DNA of 63,644 bases, the filler included, from Folioceros fuciformis (lineage: Eukaryota), in the NCBI GenBank assembly GCA_049999805.1. It is 13 parts of 13 records of this genome, joined end to end, with 100 filler letters (N's around TTAATTAATTAA, not from the genome) between each part and the next. Parts side by side here need not be neighbours in the genome. Positions count along the whole stretch, not along the records: positions 1 to 4,472 come from JBNGIO010003377.1; positions 4,573 to 8,086 come from JBNGIO010003378.1; positions 8,187 to 15,368 come from JBNGIO010003379.1; 10 more parts are not named here. The stretch is one strand, 5' to 3'. The notes below the pieces were generated by a model. That model made no database searches and was not told the DNA's origin. It saw only the letters and a list, made by a program, of their open reading frames with translations. Position 1 is the first letter of the stretch, and each line of letters opens with the position of its first letter. Of the stretch, positions 1 to 12,102 are shown in pieces. Position numbers and translations under genes: made by a program.

Positions 1-394
1 ATCGATTCGCAAATGGTTGTTGCAGTTGTAAGGGTCGACCATGAGAAAAACGAAGAAGTGAGTGTAGCCATTCACAGGTGGATTCCTAGTGGTGTGCGGA
101 TTCTTCTTGGTGGCAAGTGCCATTGTTCCCCTAACAAGAAGACGAAGAAGAAGAATTGTATGATCGCGCACTTGAGGGCATTTCGCTCCGTGGGACTCGG
201 TACTTCACAACTTTGTAGCAAGCCTAGCATGTTGTCCCTGCACCCCTGCACACTGTTCATGATGAGCACGTTGTACACGTGCTCAGCAGGGCCTCCTCAA
301 CTCCTTCTCCTTACCAATACTGCCGTATGTGTATGATGCTGTATAGTGCAGGTGAAAGCACGTTGGTAGCCAGTATGCCGAGGAGTATCAAGGC

Positions 395-520
395 ACGCTT
401 AGCCCTATAAATCAGGTAGCCAAGTCTGCGCTTAGCCCTATAAACCAGGTAGCCAAGTCNNNNNNNNNNCAGGTAGCCAAGTCTGCGCTTAGCCCTATAA
501 ACCAGGTAGCCAAGTCTGGG
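395..520. repeat. 33-bp tandem repeat (CGCTTAGCCCTATAAAYCAGGTAGCCAAGTCTG), at least 3 copies, interrupted by a small gap
   Basis: Unit read directly in the sequence. It explains the repeating peptide RLGYLVYRAKR in ORF 311..583. Confidence 0.85.
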
Positions 521-789
521 CCCACTGACGCTGTTCTTACACGAGTGTGCCCGTAAAGGGTGCCCCATGTGACCATCATACATACACCGTATACATTTTA
601 GGCTTGAGACCGGCTATTGGTTGCAATAGCCGTGTCTTGTCACCGGGTTGTAAGAACTAAGGTTTAGGTTTAGGTCCACGATATTGGTGCCAAATTTGTG
701 CTCCTTAGATGGATAATCCTAGCTTATCTCACTTACCACCAAATGATGCGCTCCATACTACTCACTATCAAATAATGGCATATACCTGG

Positions 790-2212
790 CTTCAGGATGC
801 ATAAAGGAGGCTAGAATTGCCCACATTCCTTGGGAAAGAGTGCAAGATTTTATAAAGGAGGCTAGAATCGCGCACATTTCTTGGGAAAGAGTGCAAGATT
901 CTGTAATGGGAATGGATAGCCAGCATGAAACATCGACAAATTTTGCTTGTGTTCGGACAAAAGGGCCCAACCAATTACCACAACCAAGCCAGCCCAAAGC
1001 AAATTCTTCTATTACGGTCGTCAGGTACATTGGTTTCATTTTGCTTCTTTCAATCCGTTTTTAAATGTCACATGATGCCGTCACAACCTCACTTTTCATA
1101 GTGGTAGAGTTTGCTCCACTACACTCTATTCTTATCAAATCATATGCCAAACTGTTTGCCTTAGTGAGGTGAATCTAACCATATGCTATGAGTCCAATGT
1201 TGAGCACATTTGAGCAGGATGCTGCAAGAAAAGGTTTTTTCACATCTTGACTTTGGGTGTTCAGTTCTTTCTCCAATCTTCACTAATTGTTGCATACTAT
1301 ATAGCATTCTATTTCCCTCAGCAATGCAAACAGAATTATGTGTTTTTTGTGCGTTTTGGAGTACATTTGAGCAGGATGCTGCAAGAAGAGGTTTTCTTCA
1401 CATCCTGCCTTTGGGTGTTCAGTTCTTTCTTCAGCCTTCACTAATTGTAAGGAGGGGGGTTACATTATAAATACTAAGCAAGAACAGTTGCACAAACATG
1501 CAGTAGCTAGTGCAAATGATATCCTTGATGATATGGTGACCCTTCCTATGGTGCCTTACGGTGTGACTAAGTGTATGTGTGCAGCAAATCCTTGAAAGCC
1601 AGCTTATGTGGTCACCAATCCAATGTCCATGTAGGCAACTTGCAATTGTCCACAAGAACAACAAGGTTTTTTATGTAAGCACGTTGTGAAAGTTCAGCAA
1701 TGCTTGAGGTGTTTACTCATATGTTAGCCCTTAGTTGCAAGTTTGCAGCTAGTAACGGAAAGGAAGGGGAGGAAGTGAACACAACATTATGGTTAAATTG
1801 GCTTCACTGTACACATGACGATGAGACTACCTTCCCAGCTTCATTGGATGAGTATTCTACCCCAAGTGTACCACCTCCAGTAGAATGTCATAAGCCTAGA
1901 TATCAAGAATTGAAGGAAAAGAAGCTAGTGAGTGTGGAACAAGGGTGCAAGGACATTTGGGATTGTGTGTACATGCACGATGCTATTGTGTTTGAGGCTA
2001 AGGTCCTTGTGCAAAATACTTTGTTGGTTGTGAAGCAGCTCATAGCCCAAATGCAAGAGATTGGCAGACAGCCGGAATGCAGGTCATTACAACCTTTTAT
2101 ACCAGTTGAAGGACCAAGCAATGCAACTAGGTTGAGACCTTTATTTTCCCCTTCCAAAGGGCAAAAGAAGAAAATCAGTTGGAATGTAGGAGGTGGCAAA
2201 GAGAATGCATAG
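790..2212 (+). pseudogene. Degenerate SWIM zinc-finger / MULE-transposase-related gene relic
   Basis: About 1635-1696 translates ATCNCPQEQQGFLCKHVVKV, a SWIM CxC-x7-CxH motif. About 800-1025 translates EARIAHIPWERVQDF...STNFACVRTKG, which from memory resembles the N-terminus of plant SWIM proteins of the At4g13970/At1g60560 type. It contains a 51-bp internal tandem duplication and no continuous ORF. Confidence 0.55.
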
Positions 2213-2409
2213 AGGCCAATTTTAGATAATTACATTCCTTGTTTTCCAAGACAATGTCGAGCTTCAAGAGGTCTTGCCTTTCAATATATGAACATATATA
2301 ACCCTAGACCATTTAAACATAAATATCTTATATATTTAGCATACATTCATGTATATATGGGGTGGCTAGCCCCTATATGATATACGTGTATATTCTTGCA
2401 ACAGTGCAC

Positions 2410-2730
2410 ACAGATGCCTCCCCTTGAGTGCTTCCTCCCTGTCGTGCACACCAAGGCTACTGGTCATCCTACCACTCTTTGGTGGTTTATTGCACACGAG
2501 ATCGACGAAAGGAGTAGCTTTCCTCTATTCCTCCTCCCTCAATGTGAGTGCAGTGATCACGCTTGCGATTCTTAAATGCCTCCCCTTGAGTGCTTCCTCC
2601 CCGTCATGCACACCAAGGCTACTGGTCATCCTACCACTCTTTGGTGGTTTGCTGCACGCAAGATTGATGAAATGAGTAACTTTCCTCTACTCCTCCTCCC
2701 TCGCTACAACACCATCACTTCCCCCCCTTA
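2410..2730 (-). repeat. Probable 3' LTR portion and polypurine tract of the Gypsy element, with a ~125-bp internal direct repeat
   Basis: The minus strand reads TAAGGGGGGGAAGTGATGG then TGTTGTAG at 2711, just downstream of the integrase stop. 2416-2540 is repeated at about 2577-2702. The far LTR end is not resolved. Confidence 0.55.
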
Positions 2731-2809
2731 ATCTGCTGACCATCTTTCGGTGGTAAGATAGATTAACAAACTTTACATCAAAATTCATACATGCCGACCA
2801 CACTGCCCC

Positions 2810-3891
2810 TCACAATGTATCAACTGCTACACATATTGGACAAAACCATTGCCCATCAGGCACGGCATCTAGTGGAGGCTCTAAACAAAAAGTATGCCAC
2901 ACATCATTGCACCTATTGCACAACAACATGCAATGATCACCTCCAGAATTTTCACAACCTGTACAAGCAAATCCTTCCTCGACACAAAAGCTTGCACATC
3001 AATTATTGGGTTCAAGTGAGGTAAATGACATGGCGCACAATTTTTCATGTGATCCAAACAAGTTGTACCATCCTTTCCCTCCAACTCTTGAATTCCATTC
3101 AACTTCACACTTCTCACCCTTAATATTATCCTACTCGCACTTGTATCAAATGTTGTCATTGTCTTCCTCTGCAAATATACATAATCTCCAACTTCAAACT
3201 TTTTCACCTTAGGTCTGAAATGCCCACTCCTTGTTTTCCTATACCTCAACTCATTTCTATGTTGAGCTATTAACAAGTTATCCATTGCCATATGCATAAT
3301 TCTCTTAAACAACTCCGCTCTATGTGTAATTATCTTCAACCACTTATTAGGATCATCCAGATCCACTATAGTATTCACCTTGTCTTCTAACATCCCAGAT
3401 AACTATGGTCTATGCCCAAACAACAACATGTATGGTGAAAACTTTCCCAGCAATGCTTGCCTACTCATCCTATAACCCATCGCAAGAAATGGCAACATCC
3501 TATCCCACTCACTCTTGTCCATTACCAAACAATACTTCCTCAAAGCACTCTTACATGTTTGTACCATTCTTTCTGCCAAACCATCAGCCTCTGGGTGATT
3601 CCTTGAAGTTATCCTATGATCAATAAGATACTCATTTAAAAATTCATCAAAATCCCCCATAAATTCAGTACCTTGATCTGTCAAAACTTCTGCACAAGCC
3701 CCAAAAACACTCAACACATGATTAAGAAATGCTTCCTTAATGTCATGTGACTTCTTCTCTCTCAAAGGCACCAAAACTATCCACTTAGAGAAATGTTCTA
3801 TCATCACCAACACATATTTAAAACCCCTACGCGTGACTGGTAACTCTCCAGCCAAATCCAAACTCCACCTATAAAACATCCTCCTAATAGG
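2810..3891 (-). mobile_element. Ty3/Gypsy (non-chromovirus-like) integrase with C-terminal PHD finger, degenerate
   Basis: ORFs 3403..3879 and 2881..3393 give the rve core (WSLDLAGELP, VLTDQGTEF, HPEADGLAER) and FEVGDYVYL. After a frameshift, 2971->2810 reads FACTGCENSGGDHCMLLCNRCNDVWHTFCLEPPLDAVPDGQWFCPICVAVDTL*, a C4HC3 PHD finger. Confidence 0.9.
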
Positions 3892-4472
3892 TGTTAAAAT
3901 AGCACCACAGGCTTAGAAGGACTCCACAGTTCCTTACTTATGGTGCACAGGATGCTACATATATAGCCTTCAGGCGGGGCAACCCTCGATAAGGTAAGCC
4001 TTAGTCTCGAGGGTGCAATATCCTAGTATATCATGATATATCTTGATAACACTTAGGTGATAGATAACTACAAGTTCAATATGGGATAATCTACACTATC
4101 CTAACTGTTGTATGCTCTTAATAACAATTCAGTTAGAGCTTGATTTCTAACACTCCCCCTCAAGCTCAGACTATTTGTAACACTCCAAGTAGTTCACGAA
4201 AGTGTAAGAACTTATCTCTACCTCGCGACTTAGTAAAGATATCTGCTACCTGGTCTTCGGTCTTCACGTGCCGAAGATCTATCTTCTCAGATAATATCGC
4301 TTCCCTGATGAAGTGATAATATACTTCTATGTGCTTCGAACGAGCATGAAACACAGGATTAGTAGCCAACCTCATGCTACTCATGTTGTCACAGTAGATT
4401 GTAACCTTGCTGTTCACTATATTTCCAAGATCATGTAGCAACTTCTGCAACCAAGCTGCTTCACAGGCTGCC
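3892..4472 (-). mobile_element. Ty1/Copia 3' end (RNase H, PPT, 261-bp 3' LTR) inserted into the Gypsy integrase
   Basis: ORF 4166..4450 has IYCDN, PVFHARSKHIEV and QVADIFTK. PPT AGCTTGAGGGGGAG lies at 4166-4153. The LTR 3892-4152 has TGTTA...TAACA termini and abuts the Gypsy integrase coding sequence. Confidence 0.9.
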
Positions 4473-4572
4473 NNNNNNNNNNNNNNNNNNNNNNNNNNNN
4501 NNNNNNNNNNNNNNNNTTAATTAATTAANNNNNNNNNNNNNNNNNNNNNNNNNNNNNNNNNNNNNNNNNNNN
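4473..4572. other. Artificial assembly linker N44-TTAATTAATTAA-N44 (also at 8087, 15369, 17233, 21133, 25673, 34172, 44502, 48233, 50569, 56334, 60796)
   Basis: The same 100-nt structure occurs 12 times, and TTAATTAATTAA gives stop codons in all six frames. Confidence 0.97.
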
Positions 4573-5378
4573 CATGTCATAATTCTTAAAACTCAAACTC
4601 AATTCCATTAAATAAATAAATAAAAATATGCATCAATTTTTTAACTCAATTTATAACTGTAAATAAATTCTTACTTGGTTTGTAACAAATGGTCACTCCA
4701 AAGAGGTCCTCCCTATAAACTCCTAGACCCATGCACTTAAAATACGTTCTTGGTTCACTCATCTCATAGAGACAGTCTCTCTTGTGAGAGTATGAAGAGA
4801 GCTAGCTCCTGTATAGCTTGAAAGTTAAGTGCACTTCTTCACCCTTCATTTTATTTTACTTAATCACATTTTCTCTCCTCTTCCTTTTGCTACTTATGAA
4901 TAATAATATCCTTCATCTTCTCCTCTTTCTAAACTTAAAAACCCTTCTTCTAGGCGTCGTAATATGCCACTAAACATCTTTCTTATGCTTGATTCATTAG
5001 TTATTAAGTATTTACACCGCACTGTAATATACACATTAATCACAACATAATGACGCTACAGCTCCATAAAAGTGAAGCGTTTGCTTTCTTTCAAACACCA
5101 CAAAATCTCCACCACCTACATCCACACTTCTTGTAGCTCTAACTTGATTTCTAAAATCCACAATCAAATTAAGTGGTCTTGCACACTTTGCATGCCACAT
5201 GTCAATTGGATTTCTAAGAAGAGAGTGCACCTTCAAGAGGATACAAGAGACTACAATAGAATGCCTCTTTAAAAGAGAAAGCCTATTCAAGAGAATTCAA
5301 GCTTACAACTACAAGCTACACCGAGCACCGCTGAACTAGGCTTTTATCCTTGCTGCTTTAGGCATGCTGCATCCATAG

Positions 5379-5482
5379 TCGTACATTTAATGACACACTG
5401 CAACCATATTCGTACATTTAATGGCACGCTGCAACCATATTCCTACATTTAATGGCACACTGCAACCATATTTGTACATTTA
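5379..5482. repeat. 31-bp tandem repeat (TCGTACATTTAATGRCACRCTGCAACCATAT), about 3.3 copies
   Basis: GTACATTT-like cores at 5381, 5412, 5443 and 5474. Confidence 0.8.
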
Positions 5483-6539
5483 ATTTTGTGTCTATCTTGT
5501 TGACTTTATATTATATTTTTATGATATTAACTATTTTTATTTATTACCAATAATTTTATTTATTGGTATAAATTAATTATTAACTAAATACTATTTGTAT
5601 GCACTTAAGTGACAAGATACGATCATGCATCACATGGGTCTAAAAAATCTCTATGTTGCCCTTCATCTTCACAAATGCCAAAGAGTATGAAGGTTGTTGA
5701 ATGATATTGCAACTTGAATTGAATACATTTTGCTCTATCTAGCCTCCAATATTCTATCTACTTGTTGCACTACAAGAGGGTGAGAGTGAGTTGCACCCTG
5801 CGAAAGGTGGGGAAGAGGGCGAGGCATATCATGTTGTAGAAGGGGGTAGGTGCAAGGCATATTGNNNNNNNNNNNNNNNNNNNNNNNNNNNNNNNNNNNN
5901 NNNNNNNNNNNNNNNNNNNNNNNNNNNNNNNNNNNNNNNNNNNNNNNNNNNNNNNNNNNNNNNNGGGTGAGGGGGATGCATGTTGCATTCCAAGAGGGGT
6001 CAAGTGTACAGGGCGACACGGAGCGAGGAGAATTAGAATCACATCTTGGAAGGGGGAGTCATCGATGATTGGGGAAGCAAGAGGAGGGATGAAGAGGTAT
6101 CGAGAGGAAGAGCTCGAGTAGATGTTGTTACAAGGTAGCATAGGGTTTGAAGTATTTTTTCTCAACATACAATTGGTTTAATGTATAGTTAATTTACTTC
6201 AGTTTGAGATAATTTGGTTTGGATTTTTATTTGAAGCAATGCTTGCAATGAAGAAGCATGGGCATTTATTTTCTTTTTTCAAGTGGTGCCTTTGATGTAG
6301 TATGGAAACGTTTTCTAGACATCGTGAGGTCGCCTCTCACCTCTACTAATTCTGGACAAAGGACTAGAAGGACTTACAAGAGGAGATGTGTTATGCGACA
6401 AGGTCTAGGTTGGCTTTTGTTAAGGACAATAATTTGCAATTAAATCTTGCAAACACATGTTTCAAGAGGTGCCTTTCATTGGGTAGGCTGAAGAATATTC
6501 CCTTATAATTCGGGCTCACTGCCCCCAAGTAGTGGTGCC

Positions 6540-7600
6540 TGCTTCTGAGTTTCATAAGACCAATATAGCCCTTCGCGCTCTTAATCCCAATCAAGGGGAC
6601 TTCATTTTGCAAGACATTCGGGACTATGTCCTCGAGGAGCCCTTTTGTTTAGATAGAGTGGCCTTTGCCTAGGCGCTTTCCACTACTCTGCATCTTTCTT
6701 TGCATTGTTTTCCATGTACCATCTATGACCATCTTGGGGACCACTACACCCTAGTGGATCTTGCTAGAGATTTCTACAAGTTGTTTCTTGTAACATTTGT
6801 AGTGGCGTGTGGGGAGACTCCTCCTTACATTTCTTTAGGTTTTTGGGGGTGAATAGATTGTTGACCAAGGAAAGCCTACTTAAGGATTTAACACTATTTC
6901 ACAATCTACCATCTTTGATGAGCTTAAGAATGAAGGTGCGCAATTGAATGGTTTAATTCTCTTTGTCTGCTCTTTCCATGGATCTCTTTCTAGCCTCTAT
7001 TATGAACATGGACACTCGGTGGAAGAAGTTTAGGTTCTGGACTCAGCAATAAGTACAAGACAAAGGGGACCCTCCAAGGGGGTGCCTTGTTTGCCATGGT
7101 GCATTTTAGGGCTTGATCATCAACTGTCTTTGCAATATAGGAATGTGTGCATCCATCTGTGGTTCGATGGTACCAATATCCTAGGGCTAAGAGATGAGGT
7201 TAAGTTGACCTTTGATTTTGTCACTATAGTGCTTTGAAGGTCAAGATCCAAAAGTACTGGGTTTGGTCACCTTCTAGCATAGTTCCTTCTCTTCATTATA
7301 CGGATGAAGAAATTACTTCCTAGAGTGTCCGAGTTTTGGGTGTCACAATTGGACTCCTCCATGAATAATATGTAAATGAGGCTTTAGTATAAGGTAGGAG
7401 TAATATGTAAATGAGGCTTTAGTATAAGGTAGGAGTAATATGTAAATGAGGCTTTAGTACAAGGTAGGAGTAATATGTAAATGAGGCTTTAGTAGAGGAT
7501 TTGGTGCACATTGATGAGCTTTCTCGCTCTTGGAGATTCATAAGTGGCATTTGGGAGAATTTGCTTGCACAGTTTTGTCGAGCTTAAGGAAGGTTGACAA
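6540..7600 (+). mobile_element. Highly degenerate non-LTR retrotransposon RT relic (CRE-like), with a 35-bp tandem expansion at 7366-7495
   Basis: Frameshifted fragments STRQ(G)DP..GALFAMVHFRA (about 7050-7112) and VNEALVEDLVHIDEL..LGDS*VAFG (about 7477-7555) parallel the better-preserved copy at 49500-50480. Confidence 0.6.
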
Positions 7601-7899
7601 CCACCTTATACAGTCGACCCTCTGTAAATATGACCTCCCTAAATGTTATACCTCTATAAATGTTAGAGGTTGGGTACTCCCTAGTTGGGGAGTAAGGCTA
7701 AATGTTATTTTTCTATAAATGTTATATGTTATTTGTTTTATGAAAATAGGTACTCCCAACCACTGTAATCCAATTCTATAAATGTTATTTTTATTTTATA
7801 TAAATAAAATTATATATATATAAAATACTTAAAATGACATGAATAATATAGATATCTAACTTATCCAATCACAATGCGGGACTTCGATGGGCCCAAAGC

Positions 7900-8086
7900 A
7901 AGAAAAGGAGGAGGGAGCAAGGGTAGAAGGAGAGAGCAAGAAGCACGAGGAAGCAAGGGAGGAAGGGTGGAAGGAGAGAGCAAGGAACAAGAGGTAGCAA
8001 AGGAGGAAGGGTGGAAGGAGAGAGCAAGGAGCAAGAGGAAGTAAGGGAGGAAGGGTGGAAGGAGAGAGCAAGGAGCAAGAGGAAGC
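7900..8086. repeat. Purine-rich ~42-45 bp tandem repeat (GAGGAAGGGTGGAAGGAGAGAGCAAGGAGCAAGAG...)
   Basis: Units read directly. The array runs into the contig end. Confidence 0.75.
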
Positions 8087-8186
8087 NNNNNNNNNNNNNN
8101 NNNNNNNNNNNNNNNNNNNNNNNNNNNNNNTTAATTAATTAANNNNNNNNNNNNNNNNNNNNNNNNNNNNNNNNNNNNNNNNNNNN

Positions 8187-8640
8187 CAGCACTAGGCTCC
8201 AAGTAGCCTGCCGTTCACTGACGACTCGACTCAGCACTAGGCTCCAAGTAGCCTGCCGTTCACTGACGACTCGACTCAGCACTAGGCTCCAAGTAGCCTG
8301 CCGTTCACTGACGACTCGACTCAGCACTAGGCTCCAAGTAGCCTGCCGTTCACTGACGACTCGACTCAACACTAGGCTCCAAGTAGCCCGCCATTCACTA
8401 ACGACTCGACGCAGCACTAGGCTCCAAGTAGCCCGCCGTTCACTGACGACTCGACCCAGCACTAGGCTCCAAGTAGCCCGCCNNNNNNNNNNCCGTTCAC
8501 TGACGACTCGACCCAGCACTAGGCTCCAAGTAGCCCGCCGTTCACTGACGACTCGGCTCAGCACTAGGCTCCAAGTAGCCCGCCGTTCACTGACGACTCG
8601 ACTCAGCACTAGGCTCCAAGTAGCCCGCCATCCACTGACA
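8187..8640. repeat. 45-bp minisatellite (CAGCACTAGGCTCCAAGTAGCCYGCCGTTCACTGACGACTCGACT), about 10 copies
   Basis: Near-identical head-to-tail units without spacers. It generates the repetitive ORF 8139..8609. Confidence 0.92.
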
Positions 8641-9935
8641 CTCGCAGACCACCTCCTCTAAGTGCTGCTCTGTATTCAAGATAATTACAAAAGAGTCTGG
8701 TGATCTAAACCCAACTGGCTACTGCCCTAAACTCAATCTGACAAGCTTGCTCTTCAAGCCCTCTATAGCTATGCCTCAAGGCTAGACTTCTCACTATCTA
8801 CCTCTGTCTCTCTGTGTATCAATGTATCACAGTATATCCTTAAGACCCTAACACTGGCCTATTTATACTCCACACCTAAGCCACTGCTAAAGCTGGGAAT
8901 GATACACACCACTCATCTCAGAATACTAGTGGTCATTACAACTCCATCCTTCTTAGGAGGTTTTGGCTGGAACACACATCTTGTTTCCAAAGGAAGCAAG
9001 AAGCATACTTGCTTCTTCATCAAGACAACTCTAGATTTAGCTTTCAGCTTTCTACTTTTAACTTTCACCTTATTTCACTTGTGCCATTATTGTTCCTACA
9101 ATTCCAACTAGCCAAAAAAGTATTAATATAATATATTTGTAAAATGAATCTATGTGATAAACTGTGTGACAATAGTGTGAAACACTTATGTTGAACAAGA
9201 ATTTCATTCGAATTGAATGGTTAAAAGGATCACCTAGGTTCTGCTACATTTTTTATTGTCATGAGATTTCGCCAAGGTTTGGTGTTACATTTGCCTTGCT
9301 CCCTCTCTCCTTACAATTGTGGGCACCATAAGACAACTCTGGTATTTATCTTGCTTATTGCCCAATTGGAGATTAATGCGCGAGGTTGTGCTAGATGTTA
9401 TGCTTTTGTTGGCCAAGGAAGCTGGTTTTCTGCCCTATAGAGAGCACCCATACACTCGGTTTCCCTTCGGGCTGACTTTTTCCTCATCCAAGAAGAGCAA
9501 CAGGTTTCTATTGTTGACGTGGTCATAACTACCCCACATGGGTCTTGGTCTACGAGCATGTTGTCCTCAACTCCCCAGGTTAGGCAGCAAAAGGGAGCGC
9601 ATTCACCAAGATTCACAAGTACACCCCTCTACAACATGGACACACCTTTTTCCCTCTTGCCATTGAGATCCATGGGGCCATGTGAAAGGCATTTTCCAAG
9701 GTTTTGAAGTCTTGTGCCAAGGTAGTTCATAACAAGAGAAATGAGCTTGGTCTGTTAAGATAACAAGCTCTATCACACTTAGGGTTATATATATTTAATT
9801 TAGATTAAATATGTTTAGTCAAAGTGAAATAACCTAGAGTATTTAAACACATTTTTGTAAACATTTTTCATTGCATTATGCATTCAGTTTTGGCAACAAC
9901 CGCTTGCACAACCTCCACATCTTGCACACCCTCCA

Positions 9936-10145
9936 CATCTTGCACACCGTTTACATGGTATCAGAGCCACGCACAACCTTCACATCACATCTTGCACACC
10001 GTTTACATGGTATCAGAGCCACGCACAACCTTCACATCACATCTTGCACACCGTTTACATGGTATCAGAGCCACGCACAACCTTCCCATCACATCTTGGA
10101 CACCATTTACATGGTATCAGAGCCATGCACAACCTCCACATCATG
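9936..10145 (+). repeat. 52-bp tandem repeat of the LTR-end/primer-binding-site junction (4 PBS copies)
   Basis: TTTACA-TGGTATCAGAGCCA occurs with the PBS starting at 9956, 10008, 10060 and 10112. Confidence 0.9.
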
Positions 10146-12102
10146 CACCGACCACACAAGATTTTAGCAAATGCCTAGGCGGGATTACATACAGGTGTTT
10201 TTTTCAGGCAGACTCTTGCAAGGAAGGATTGATCCCTTGTGACATGCGTTGCTTGGGTCCTCCCCGGCACAAACCTTGGCCGCATCCGATGCTATCTGAT
10301 CTCTTGGAGCGGCGCTAAGTTTTCATTGTGTTTCTACTTTTCTCGATTCATGCAGGCTGTTGAACAGGATTGATACCGGACAGGTTTTTCTTCTTGTGCT
10401 GTCAGCCTTTTTCGCTGCAAGAGTGAGCACTGTGTTTTGTGAGGAGGTGTTTCCTCCTATTATTTCACGTGATGCACAGCTTGCTTGCTTTGTTTTTTTT
10501 CTCTTGTCATGGCTTTCCGTTGCTCCCTAATTTTGTGTATGCCAGGAAGCAATGTGGTAGCTATCAGTCCAAGGTCCGGCATATAGCGATCTACCCTCCT
10601 CTGAACTGATGACTCCACCATAGCCTCCTGCACAGCAAATCAGTAAATCAGTAACCCATTTTTTTTTCCCACAAGTAAAAGAAAAAATATATATTTTTTG
10701 AATTTATCTCGTTTTTTTTTAAAGTACATATTTTTTGCTGCTTCTTCACCTAGACAGTCTAGTGGGAGAACCATTGTATGTCACTTTTTGGACGTAGGGA
10801 TTCTAATTCTGAGCACGAAGAGGAGTCAAGCTTGTCAGATGACAATCCTCTTTTGGGAGTACACATAAGCACACCTAAGACAAATAAAAGAAAAACACAA
10901 CAGCAAGCACAACCATCATCACATAGCACAAATTCCAACACTCACGTAAACATGTCTACCTCATTTGCCTCCTCTTCAATATCTAAATTAAAAGAAAAGG
11001 ATAGATTTAATGGTAACCAATATCACATTTGGTGTGTTCGGATGAGGGCTGTTCTTGTCGCTAGGAAAGTGTGGACTGTGGTCGACGGGACCCACAAGGA
11101 GCCAACCACAGCAGCCCCAGGAACTACACTTTCAGCTGCTCAACAAACCCTCCTGGACGAATGGACTCCAACCAACGAACTTGCTGTAGCGCTAATCATA
11201 AGTGGTTTGGATGTTGTTTTAATTCCAGATGTAGAATATTTGCTCAAGGCTCACGAGATCTGGGCACAGCTTGAGAAAACATATTGGGTGTGTAATCGGA
11301 TGGCCCTTTGTGCTGCTAGACAGGAGCTGTTCACACTTAAGATGACGGAGTCTGATAAGGTTGCAGTTTTTACAAGCAAGTTCAGACATTTACGCACGGA
11401 CCTGGTATCTTTTGGTTCTACTATGGATGAAGAGGATGCCATTGCCCAACTACTAATCAGCCTTCCACCATCCTATCAAAATTTTGTGAGTATACAAAAT
11501 GGGCCAATTCACCCTGCAGGTGCTGCGACAACATCCAACACCCGGACATTGGAGGATGTTATTGGCGCATTGTACCAGGAGGAGCAAAGTCGGCAGCTTA
11601 TGTCAGGTGGACATAAACACAAGAGTGAAAGGGTTTTGGCTGCGAAGTTCAAGCCAAACAAAAATAAAGGGAAGACTCAAGGGTCAGGTCTGCGTGATAA
11701 CGACTCTGGATCTTCTTCCACTAAAAGGACATGGAACTATAATTGGTGTGGGATAGCTGGGCATTGGGCCCATGACTGCTGTAAGAAGAAGGCAGGCGAG
11801 CTGCAGCGTCAACCCAAACCTACTTCAAGCATGGTAGTGAAAGGCAAGTCTGGAGGTGACCATGATAAATCCACTGTGAAGATTTATACTGTTTACCTGT
11901 CTAGCTCTACAAGGGATAGTACCAGTTGGTATCTGGACTCTGGAGCAACTACACATATTTGTATGGACAAGGACCAGTTTTCACATCTACATCTACTTAA
12001 AGTATCTGAGAAAGTGATGTTGGAAGATGAGAGGGCTAAGACTAGATTGCAAATCAGAGGGCGCGGGATGTGTACCTTTATCCTGCCACACAACATAGAG
12101 CT

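Noticed and set aside
8187-8640. Possible CRISPR array or repeat protein (also considered for 9936-10145)
   Set aside because: Units are head-to-tail with no unique spacers, the context is eukaryotic and no cas genes are present. The ORF is a by-product of a unit length divisible by 3.
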